Of a stretch of 64,000 nucleotides of DNA, positions 55,830 through 64,000 are shown piece by piece; position 1 is the stretch's first letter, and each line of letters begins with the position of its first letter. The notes below the pieces were generated by a model. The model was not told the DNA's origin. It searched no databases and saw only the letters and a program-made list of their open reading frames with translations. The stretch covers positions 4,883-68,882 of the forward strand of contig CANQZA010000001.1 of the NCBI GenBank assembly GCA_947628175.1, given 5' to 3'. The DNA is from an uncultured Clostridia bacterium (GTDB taxonomy: Bacteria; Bacillota; Clostridia; Oscillospirales; Acutalibacteraceae). The translations under genes and the position numbers were made by a program.

Positions 55830-58800
55830 ATGGCAAAGGTTTTTCGTGTTTTTGTTGAAAAGAAAAAGGGAAACGATATCGAAGCAGTCCAGACTATGAA
55901 GGATCTGAGGGAAAATGTCGGAATAAAAGGCATTGAGGCACTTAGAGTAATAAATCGTTATGACGCTCAGGGACTCAGTGAAACAGAGTTTGAAGAGGCG
56001 GTAAAGCAGATACTTTCAGAGCCCAACCTTGACAACACTTACAGCGAGCTTTCGGTTGAGCAGGGCTGGAGATATTTTACAACGGAGTATCTACCCGGTC
56101 AGTACGACCAGCGTGCCGATTCCGCCGCACAGTGTATCCAGCTTCTCACCGCGGGTGAAAAACCCGATGTTCTCTCTGCAAAGGTGATTGCGGTAAAGGG
56201 TGATATTTCGGACAGCGAATTTGAAAAGATTAAATCATACATCATTAACCCAGTCGAGTCAAGACTCGCGTCGCAGGACAAGCCTGATTCTCTTGATATG
56301 CACGCAGATCCTCCGCAGAACATCATCAGAATTGACGGTTTTATTGAAAAGAGCGATGAGCAGATTGCACAATACCACAAATCAATGGGATTTGCCATGA
56401 GCATTGCCGATCTGTGCTGGGTAAGGGACTATTTTAAAAATGAAGAAAACAGAAACCCGAGCTTAACGGAGCTGAAGGTTATTGATACATATTGGTCGGA
56501 TCACTGCCGCCACACAACATTTGCAACTGAGCTTGACAACATCAGGATTAACGAGAGCAAATATAACAGGGCTATTGAAAAGGCACTTGACGAATATTTT
56601 GAAATCCGCAGAGAGCTTTACGCAGGTAAAAACAAAACGGTATGCCTTATGGATATGGCATGTATAGGTACAAAAATTCTCAAAAAGCGCGGCTATGTGG
56701 ATAATCTCGACGAAAGTGAGGAAATCAACGCCTGCTCCATTCAGGTACCCGTCATAGTTGACGGAAAGGAGGAGAAGTGGCTTGTTCAGTTCAAAAATGA
56801 GACACACAATCATCCCACTGAAATTGAACCATTCGGCGGCGCCGCAACCTGCCTGGGCGGAGCAATACGCGATCCTCTTTCCGGCAGAGCATATGTTTAT
56901 CAAGCAATGCGTGTAACGGGATCGGGTGACCCTACCACTCCGTTTGAGCAAACACTTGATGCAAAGCTGCCGCAGAGCAAAATAACAACAGGTGCCGCAG
57001 CAGGATATTCAAGCTACGGCAACCAGATAGGTCTTGCCACAGGTCAGGTAACAGAACTGTACGACGAGGGCTATGTCGCAAAAAGAATGGAAATCGGCGC
57101 AGTTATCGGCGCCTCCCCGAAAGAAAATGTTATCCGCGAATGTCCGCAGGATGGAGATATTATTGTTCTGCTCGGCGGCCGCACGGGCCGTGACGGCTGC
57201 GGCGGTGCAACAGGCTCATCAAAGGCTCACAATTCATTATCTATAGAAACCTGCGGCGCAGAGGTACAAAAGGGAAACCCTCCCACAGAGCGTAAAATAC
57301 AGCGCCTTTTCCGCAATGCGCAGGCAGCAAAAATGATTAAGCGCTGCAACGACTTCGGCGCAGGCGGCGTATCTGTTGCGATCGGCGAGCTTGCAGATGG
57401 TCTGAGAATAGACCTCGACAAAGTACCTAAAAAATATGACGGACTTGACGGAACGGAGCTTGCCATTTCGGAATCACAAGAAAGAATGGCAGTCGTTCTT
57501 GACAGGAGCGATGTTGATAAATTCATAGAGCTTGCAAACGAAGAAAACCTTGAGGCAACTCCTGTTGCGGATGTCACATCAAACAACCGTCTTGAAATGA
57601 TATGGCGCGGCGACAAGATCGTTGACATCAGCCGTGACTTTCTTAATACAAACGGCGTTACTCAGCATGCGGATGTTGAAATAACGGCAGTTGACGATAC
57701 CCTGAATTACACTAAACAGGTGCCTGACTGCCTAAAATCACTCAGCAATGCCCGGGCTCTCAGGGCAAACCTTGCAAGGCTTGAGGTATGCTCACAAAAA
57801 GGACTTGTTGAGCGTTTTGATTCATCAATCGGCGCGGCAACCGTGCTTATGCCGTACGCCGGCAGATATCAGCTCACTCCCGAAGAGGCTATGGTGGCAA
57901 AAATCCCCGTACTAAAGGGTGAAACCGACACGGCAACCGTCATGGCTTACGGTTTTATTCCAAAACTTTCGCGCTGGTCGCCTTTCCATTCGGCAACCTT
58001 TGCAGTATCAGAATCGCTCGCAAAGCTCGCCGCCGTTGGTTGCAATCCGTCAACCGCAAGGCTTACTTTCCAGGAATATTTTGAAAGACTCAATGATGTT
58101 CCGACACGCTGGGGCAAACCCGCTGCCGCACTTCTCGGCGCGCTTTCCGCACAGATTGGATACAAATGCCCGTCAATAGGCGGAAAGGACTCGATGAGCG
58201 GTTCCTTTAATGACCTGGATGTCCCGCCTACCCTCGTTTCCTTTGCGGTAGGTATTAGCGATGCTTCCCGGACAGTATCATCACAGTTTAAAAAGACAGG
58301 CTCTGTCGTAAAACTTCTGCCCCTTCCTGTTGACGAGGAGAGCGGACTTCCCGAATACGAAAAGGCAATGGACCTTATGATGCGTGTTTATGAGGGTGTC
58401 CGCTCCGGAAAAATTCTCTCTGCCTCTGTCGTAAAAGAGGGCGGAGCGGCAGCATGCGTGTGCAAAATGGCATTCGGCAATAAAACAGGTTTTACTTTTG
58501 CCCAAAATCTTGACAAAGAAACACTCTTTGCCGCAAAAGCCGCTTCATTCGTTGTGGAGCTTGCAGATGAAAATTCATTTGACGGCATAAAGCTCGGAAC
58601 AACAAACGACAACGGTGTATTTATAATCGACGGCACTGTACAGACAGCGGATGAGCTCATATCCGCATGGACGGGCAAACTTGAAAAGGTGTTTGCAACC
58701 GATTCGGGTCAAAAGGCTCATATGCCTTATGATGTTCCTCTTTACAAAGAGCGCTCTATATTTGTTGCGAAGAACAAGGTCGCAAAACCTAAAGTATTTA

Positions 58801-59582
58801 TTCCTGCCTTTCCGGGCACAAACTGCGAGGTCGATACCGCAAGAGCGTTTGAAAAAGCGGGCGCTCAAACAAGTGTGCTTGTTGTAAACAATCTTTCCTC
58901 CGAGGCTATCAATGAAACGATTGATAAAATGGTAAAAGAGATTGAGAGCGCACAAATTATCATGCTTCCCGGCGGATTCAGCGGCGGTGACGAGCCTGAG
59001 GGATCGGGCAAATTTATTGCAACCGCTTTCAGAAATCCGAAAGTAAAGGAGGCTGTGACAAAGCTTCTCAACTGCCACGACGGTCTTATGCTCGGCATCT
59101 GCAACGGATTCCAGGCTCTGATCAAACTTGGTCTTGTACCATACGGAGAAATAAAAGAAATCAAGGAAAATGATCCTACGCTTACATTTAATACAATCGG
59201 CAGGCATATATCTTCTATGGCATACACAAGAGTTTCAAGCGTCAAATCGCCTTGGCTGAGCAATGTCAGCGCGGGTGATATGTTTGCGATACCCATTAGC
59301 CACGGTGAGGGCAGATTTGTCGCAAACGATTCTGTTATCAAAAAGCTTATAGATAACGGTCAGATTGCAACGCAGTATGTCAACCCTGACGGCGAGCCTG
59401 TAAGCGATATGCCGTTTAATCCCAACGGCTCGGTATGTGCTGTTGAGGGAATAACATCTCCCGACGGCAGAGTTTTCGGTAAAATGGGGCATTGCGAAAG
59501 AAAAGGAGAAAATCTTTATGCCAATGTTCCGTTTGAAAAAGATATGAAAATATTTGAAAGCGGCGTTCAATATTTTAAATAA
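55830..59582 (+). CDS. purL: Phosphoribosylformylglycinamidine synthase, single-chain large type
   Basis: TYWSDHCRH, KNETHNHPTEIEPFGGAATC.GG.IRD, DFGAGG, PGGFSGGD, GICNGFQ, GKMGHCER. Confidence 0.96.
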   Translation: MAKVFRVFVEKKKGNDIEAVQTMKDLRENVGIKGIEALRVINRYDAQGLSETEFEEAVKQILSEPNLDNTYSELSVEQGWRYFTTEYLPGQYDQRADSAAQCIQLLTAGEKPDVLSAKVIAVKGDISDSEFEKIKSYIINPVESRLASQDKPDSLDMHADPPQNIIRIDGFIEKSDEQIAQYHKSMGFAMSIADLCWVRDYFKNEENRNPSLTELKVIDTYWSDHCRHTTFATELDNIRINESKYNRAIEKALDEYFEIRRELYAGKNKTVCLMDMACIGTKILKKRGYVDNLDESEEINACSIQVPVIVDGKEEKWLVQFKNETHNHPTEIEPFGGAATCLGGAIRDPLSGRAYVYQAMRVTGSGDPTTPFEQTLDAKLPQSKITTGAAAGYSSYGNQIGLATGQVTELYDEGYVAKRMEIGAVIGASPKENVIRECPQDGDIIVLLGGRTGRDGCGGATGSSKAHNSLSIETCGAEVQKGNPPTERKIQRLFRNAQAAKMIKRCNDFGAGGVSVAIGELADGLRIDLDKVPKKYDGLDGTELAISESQERMAVVLDRSDVDKFIELANEENLEATPVADVTSNNRLEMIWRGDKIVDISRDFLNTNGVTQHADVEITAVDDTLNYTKQVPDCLKSLSNARALRANLARLEVCSQKGLVERFDSSIGAATVLMPYAGRYQLTPEEAMVAKIPVLKGETDTATVMAYGFIPKLSRWSPFHSATFAVSESLAKLAAVGCNPSTARLTFQEYFERLNDVPTRWGKPAAALLGALSAQIGYKCPSIGGKDSMSGSFNDLDVPPTLVSFAVGISDASRTVSSQFKKTGSVVKLLPLPVDEESGLPEYEKAMDLMMRVYEGVRSGKILSASVVKEGGAAACVCKMAFGNKTGFTFAQNLDKETLFAAKAASFVVELADENSFDGIKLGTTNDNGVFIIDGTVQTADELISAWTGKLEKVFATDSGQKAHMPYDVPLYKERSIFVAKNKVAKPKVFIPAFPGTNCEVDTARAFEKAGAQTSVLVVNNLSSEAINETIDKMVKEIESAQIIMLPGGFSGGDEPEGSGKFIATAFRNPKVKEAVTKLLNCHDGLMLGICNGFQALIKLGLVPYGEIKEIKENDPTLTFNTIGRHISSMAYTRVSSVKSPWLSNVSAGDMFAIPISHGEGRFVANDSVIKKLIDNGQIATQYVNPDGEPVSDMPFNPNGSVCAVEGITSPDGRVFGKMGHCERKGENLYANVPFEKDMKIFESGVQYFK

Positions 59583-59613
59583 TCTGCAATACGGCAATAC
59601 GGAGGAAAATCTG

Positions 59614-60822
59614 ATGAAATATGTAGTAGTATTATATGATGGCATGGCAGACTATCCCGTTCCTGCATTGGGCGGAAAAACACCTATGATGTGTGCCAAA
59701 AAACCAAATATGGATATGCTTGCATCAAAGGCGGAGGTAGGTCTTATAAGAACGGTTGCCAAGGGACTCAAGCCCGGCAGCGATGTTGCAAATATGAGTG
59801 TTATGGGCTTTGATCCGATGAAATATTACACGGGAAGAAGTCCACTTGAGGCAGCGTCAATCGGAATTGATATGAAGCCGACCGATGTGTCTCTGCGAAC
59901 AAATCTTGTTACACTTTCCGAGGACGCAAAGCCTTACGAGGAAAAAACGATAGAGGATTACTGTGCCGATGATATATCGAGCGAGGAAGCGGAAATTCTC
60001 ATAAAATACATTGATGAAAAGCTCGGAAACGATACCTTTAGGTTTTACCCCGGTGTTTCATACCGCCATTGCCTGATATGGGACAACGGAACAACCGACT
60101 TGGGAGCGATGACTCCTCCTCACGATATAACGGGAAAAGTTATCACGCAATATCTTTCAAAATCCGACAACGCCAAGCCTCTCATTGAGATGATGAAGAA
60201 ATCATACGATTTACTCAAGGATCACCCCGTAAACATCGCAAGAAAAAAAGCAGGCAAAAGGCCGGCAAATTCAATCTGGCTGTGGGGTGAAGGCAAAAGA
60301 CCCGCACTGTCTCCGTTTGAGGAAATTTACGGCATAAAGGGCGCTGTTGTATCCGCCGTTGACCTGATTAAGGGTATAGGCGGATGCGCAAAAATGGAGG
60401 TTGCCGAAGTTGAGGGCGCAACAGGATATATAGATACAAATTTTGAAGGCAAAGCAAAGGCAGCTCTTGAACTGCTTGAGAGAAACGACCTTGTGTATAT
60501 TCATTTTGAAGCCCCCGATGAGTGCGGACACAGAAACGAGCCCGAAAACAAGGTGAAATCCATCGAGCTTATTGACGAGAGAGTACTCCCGATACTGTTT
60601 AACGGACTTGAAAAATACGGCGACTACAAAATAATGATACTGCCCGACCATCCCACACCGATTGTCACACGCACACACGCAAGCGATCCCGTGCCTTACT
60701 TGATTTATCACAAAAACAAGGAAATGGACGGTGTTGAGACAATCCATGAACAGACGGCAGCCGAAACAGGAAATTATATTGACTTCGGTCCATCAATCAT
60801 GCGACATTTTCTTGAAGACTGA
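59614..60822 (+). CDS. apgM: Cofactor-independent phosphoglycerate mutase, archaeal-type (ApgM) family
   Basis: YDGMAD, PGSDVAN, GRSPLEA, HFEAPDECGH, PDHPTP, H..DPVP. Start trimmed to ATG 59614 (RBS GGAGG). Confidence 0.88.
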   Translation: MKYVVVLYDGMADYPVPALGGKTPMMCAKKPNMDMLASKAEVGLIRTVAKGLKPGSDVANMSVMGFDPMKYYTGRSPLEAASIGIDMKPTDVSLRTNLVTLSEDAKPYEEKTIEDYCADDISSEEAEILIKYIDEKLGNDTFRFYPGVSYRHCLIWDNGTTDLGAMTPPHDITGKVITQYLSKSDNAKPLIEMMKKSYDLLKDHPVNIARKKAGKRPANSIWLWGEGKRPALSPFEEIYGIKGAVVSAVDLIKGIGGCAKMEVAEVEGATGYIDTNFEGKAKAALELLERNDLVYIHFEAPDECGHRNEPENKVKSIELIDERVLPILFNGLEKYGDYKIMILPDHPTPIVTRTHASDPVPYLIYHKNKEMDGVETIHEQTAAETGNYIDFGPSIMRHFLED

Positions 60823-60894
60823 CTTGTTTGAAAATGTATAGCAAAAGACTTTTTTATCAAATATAACGGCAATGAAATGTAAAGGAGATTAAAA

Positions 60895-62163
60895 ATGAAT
60901 CTGGATACAATCTGTGTACAGGGAGGATATGAGCCTAAAAACGGAGAACCGCGTGTAATCCCGATTGTGCAGAGCACAACATATAAATACGATTCCAGCG
61001 AAGAGATGGGTGATTTGTTTGACCTGAAAAAATCAGGATATTTTTACTCCCGTCTTCAAAATCCAACCTGCGATTACGCGGCGCAGAAAATAGCAATGCT
61101 TGAGGGTGGTGTTGCGGGAATGCTCACCGCGTCAGGTCAGGCAGCAAACTTTTATGCCGTATTCAATATTGCGCAGGCAGGCGACCACATTGTTTCCTCC
61201 TCCGCAATTTACGGCGGAACATTCAACCTTTTTAATGTCACAATGAGAAAACTTGGCATAGAGTTTACCTTTGTCAGCCCGCACGCAAGCGAAGCGGAAA
61301 TTCAGGCCGCTTTCAAGCCTAATACCAAAGCCGTTTTCGGCGAAACCATTTCAAATCCGAGTCTGGATATTCTGGATATTGAAAAATTCGCGAAAGTTGC
61401 ACACGCAAACGGCGTACCGCTCATTATAGACAACACTTTTGCCACTCCGATCAACTGCCGTCCGTTTGCATTCGGCTGTGACATTGTAACGCATTCCACG
61501 ACAAAATATATGGAAGGTCACGCCTCAACTATCGGCGGCGCGATTGTTGATTCGGGCAATTTTGACTGGTCAGGCAGTGACAAATTCCCCGGTCTGACAA
61601 CGCCCGACGAAAGTTATCACGGTTTAACATACACAAAGGATTTCGGCAAGGGAGCCTATATCACAAAGGCGACAGTCCAGCTTATGAGAGACCTTGGTTC
61701 CATACAGTCCCCGCAAAACGCATTTCTTCTCAATGTGGGACTTGAAACCCTCCATCTGCGTGTGAAAAAGCATTGTGAAAACGCACTTCGGGTTGCAGAA
61801 TATCTGAAAAATCATGATAAAATAACATGGGTTAAATGTGCTATGCTTGCGTCTGATGATCAGTATGAGCTTGCTCAGAAGTATATGCCAAACGGCACCT
61901 GCGGGGTTGTATCCTTCGGCATAGCAGGCGGAAGAGAGGCGGCAACAGTATTTATGGATTCCTTAAAGCTTGCCGCTATTGTCACGCATGTTGCCGACGC
62001 AAGAACCTGCTGTCTTCATCCCGCGTCAACAACACACCGTCAGCTTACCGACAAGCAGCTTGAAGAATGCGGTGTCGGTGCCGATCTTATAAGATTCAGC
62101 GTAGGAATAGAAGACGCGGATGATATTATTGCCGATATTGAACAGGCGCTTGATCAAATATGA
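60895..62163 (+). CDS. metY: O-acetylhomoserine aminocarboxypropyltransferase/cysteine synthase
   Basis: YSRLQNPT, ASGQAA, DNTFATP, HSTTKY (PLP Lys), HVADAR, HPASTTHRQL, RFSVGIED. Confidence 0.92.
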   Translation: MNLDTICVQGGYEPKNGEPRVIPIVQSTTYKYDSSEEMGDLFDLKKSGYFYSRLQNPTCDYAAQKIAMLEGGVAGMLTASGQAANFYAVFNIAQAGDHIVSSSAIYGGTFNLFNVTMRKLGIEFTFVSPHASEAEIQAAFKPNTKAVFGETISNPSLDILDIEKFAKVAHANGVPLIIDNTFATPINCRPFAFGCDIVTHSTTKYMEGHASTIGGAIVDSGNFDWSGSDKFPGLTTPDESYHGLTYTKDFGKGAYITKATVQLMRDLGSIQSPQNAFLLNVGLETLHLRVKKHCENALRVAEYLKNHDKITWVKCAMLASDDQYELAQKYMPNGTCGVVSFGIAGGREAATVFMDSLKLAAIVTHVADARTCCLHPASTTHRQLTDKQLEECGVGADLIRFSVGIEDADDIIADIEQALDQI

Positions 62164-62465
62164 GTAACGAATGTAAAAATACAAATGCTCCTACACATAA
62201 TCACTCCCATGAGCATACAAAAGATGTAATCAACCGCCTTGCAAAGGCGATAGGCCATCTCCAGAAGGTAAAGCGGATGGTAGAGGAGTCGCAGGATTGC
62301 TCTGATGTTCTCATTCAGCTTGCGGCTGTAAAGTCCGCACTCAATAACACAGGCAAAATCATTCTTAAGGATCATCTTTCCCACTGCATTGTTCATGCGG
62401 TTGAAGAAGGCGATGAACAGGCATTAACGGAATTGAATAACGCAATTGACAAATTCATGAAATGA
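62160..62465 (+). CDS. CsoR/RcnR-family metal-sensing repressor
   Basis: HSHEH..RL.KAIGHL..V..M.E....C..VLIQL.AVKSAL....DHLSHC; ATGA overlap with metY. Confidence 0.9.
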   Translation: MSNECKNTNAPTHNHSHEHTKDVINRLAKAIGHLQKVKRMVEESQDCSDVLIQLAAVKSALNNTGKIILKDHLSHCIVHAVEEGDEQALTELNNAIDKFMK

Positions 62466-62529
62466 TATATGCGTGCTTTAACAAAATAAAAACGCCGTTA
62501 AAGCACACGGTCACACAGGGTGAATACAT

Positions 62530-63615
62530 ATGAAAACGGTGCAACCGAAGCTCCCCGAAAAATACCGAATAATCTGTATCAGCGACATACACGGCGCTTT
62601 GACACATTTTAAAAAGCTGCTTAATAAATGCGCTTATAATCCCGAAACCGACTATCTTTTTATGCTCGGCGATATCCTTGAAAAGGGAACGGAAAACCTC
62701 GAAACCCTCCTGTATGTCAAGAAACTCTGTGAAAACCAAAAAACGATTTTTATAAAGGGCAACAACGATTTGATGTCTCTTAACATGGCTTATGACGACA
62801 AAAAGAGGCATTTTCTTCGCCGTATTGAGCAACGCCCTGTAAACACATTTATCCAAATGGCTCAAACGCTCGGCATAACCGACTTCAGAACCGATTTTAA
62901 ATCAAAACGAAGAAAAGTGATAACGGCGTATAAATCGGAGCTTGACTTTTTGCGGGACGCGCCCTTGGCCATTGAAACGCCCCATTTTATTTTTATACAC
63001 GCGGGAATAGAAAACCGCCCCGATTGGGAAAACAGCGATGAGCATTTTGTTCTTACCGCGCCATGGTTCCTGCGCCTTGAACATCAGCAACGCAAAACCG
63101 TTATCTGCGGACACTATCCAACCTACAATTACCGCCGTTCCAACTTTACCAATCTGCCGATTTTTGACAGTGAAAAAAGAATGATAGGCATAGACGGAGG
63201 TATGAACACAAAGTATAGCGGACAGATTAATGCCCTTATAATAAATGTGGACGGTGACTACTGCGATTTTGAAACATTATTTATTCCCGCAGGCGACGAA
63301 GTTATAACAGAAACCGATTTCATTTCGGACAGGACGCCCAAATATATTGACTGGGAAAATCATCTCATGGAATTTATCCGACAGCAAGGTGATTTTATGC
63401 TTGCCAAAAACAAAACCACGGGAGAAACAGGATTGGTACCCGCCTCCTTTACAGGAAAATGGAATGGGCTTCATTCATGGATACACCTTGATTCTTTTCC
63501 GTCGGTAAAAGCGGGGGAAAAATTCTATGTTGTATCGCAAACCGAACATTATCTTTTCGGCACCGCCCAAAGCGGCGAAGTGGGCTTTATTCCCAAATTC
63601 TGCGTGAAAAATTAA
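62530..63615 (+). CDS. Metallophosphoesterase (PrpA-like) with C-terminal SH3-like domain(s)
   Basis: SDIHG, GDILEKG, KGNND, FIHAG, CGHYPT, IDGG; C-terminus GLVPASF and GFIPKFCV. Confidence 0.85.
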   Translation: MKTVQPKLPEKYRIICISDIHGALTHFKKLLNKCAYNPETDYLFMLGDILEKGTENLETLLYVKKLCENQKTIFIKGNNDLMSLNMAYDDKKRHFLRRIEQRPVNTFIQMAQTLGITDFRTDFKSKRRKVITAYKSELDFLRDAPLAIETPHFIFIHAGIENRPDWENSDEHFVLTAPWFLRLEHQQRKTVICGHYPTYNYRRSNFTNLPIFDSEKRMIGIDGGMNTKYSGQINALIINVDGDYCDFETLFIPAGDEVITETDFISDRTPKYIDWENHLMEFIRQQGDFMLAKNKTTGETGLVPASFTGKWNGLHSWIHLDSFPSVKAGEKFYVVSQTEHYLFGTAQSGEVGFIPKFCVKN

Positions 63616-63728
63616 AATGGGACTTTCGCTTGGCGCACGGTTGCTGAAACGGCGTTCAATCAGCTTCCTTGCTTGCTACAGTCCGTTTCTGTTTGACGGA
63701 TCTCAACAACATTGCTATAACACAAATC

Positions 63729-63764
63729 ATGGTGCAGCACCCTTTCGGTGGCTGCACCATTTTG
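63729..63764. terminator. Terminator hairpin between convergent genes
   Basis: atggtgcagc-accctttcggtg-gctgcaccat plus tttt. Confidence 0.7.
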
Positions 63765-63811
63765 CGTCTGTAAACCTATAGACCGTCGTTACTATACATA
63801 TATGAAAAGGA

Positions 63812-64000
63812 TCAGTCAAGCATTTTCAGTATTTCCGCAAATTCCCTGCTCTGCCTGAATTCCTCGGTAAAGTTATACGCATGGAGCATTTTGCCGCGCA
63901 TTCTCATACAATATGTTTTTCCCTGTTTTTTCTTTGTAAACTCTGTTTTGTTAAACAAAGCAGTATTGCTGACAACCGTCTGCGGCTGACTGTCATACCG
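63812..64000 (-). CDS. 3' end of an unidentified CDS running off the window
   Basis: Open minus frame from 64000 to TGA at 63812 (..KTYCMRMRGKMLHAYNFTEEFRQSREFAEILKMLD). Confidence 0.5.
   Translation of the reverse strand, partial: RYDSQPQTVVSNTALFNKTEFTKKKQGKTYCMRMRGKMLHAYNFTEEFRQSREFAEILKMLD

Noticed and set aside
60823-60894. S-box or T-box control of metY
   Set aside because: The intergenic gap is only about 70 bp and has no such consensus
62473-62506. gtgctttaac/gttaaagcac inverted repeat as the CsoR operator
   Set aside because: It lies downstream of the repressor gene, lacks the TAC-G/C-tract-GTA pattern and has no U-tail, so no function can be supported
14-63474. Numerous short antisense and alternate-frame ORFs in the ORF track
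   Set aside because: They overlap well-supported genes, lack RBS or motifs, and are consistent with shadow ORFs
1-64000. CRISPR arrays, rRNA/tRNA genes, transposases, integrases, phage or defence genes
   Set aside because: No regularly spaced repeat-spacer pattern, cloverleaf or recognisable catalytic motifs seen

Overview
64 kb chromosomal window from a low-GC Firmicute (Clostridia). An Oscillospirales or Eubacterium coprostanoligenes-like gut lineage is inferred from gene style only. Most of it is housekeeping: nrdDG, pduL, family-4 UDG, a two-component system, a YtrA-type GntR/ABC operon, glyQS, ddl, argS, spoIIE, corA, rbr, rlmB, purL, apgM and metY. An accessory surface-protein block spans about 37.6-53.8 kb. 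It holds BspA-type LRR/Fn3 genes, an apparently exact 1.33 kb tandem gene duplication, an LRR protein with a dockerin-like tail and a 2179-aa Ig/FIVAR protein. No transposase, integrase, prophage, CRISPR array, rRNA or tRNA was seen. The most notable observations are: (i) four intact ORFs that keep the fold signature of MreB, sortase, GlmS and P1B-ATPase but lack the catalytic residues; (ii) several unexplained structured non-coding regions, namely a probable 6S RNA before purL, a switch-like leader on the G5/3D gene, a pseudoknot/RBS-hairpin switch before DUF1934-argS, and an orphan sORF plus attenuator-like element at about 54.1 kb; (iii) exact tandem duplications at three scales (17, 69 and about 1333 bp) within about 4 kb. 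All family calls come from motif recognition by eye. No database searches or folding programs were run.
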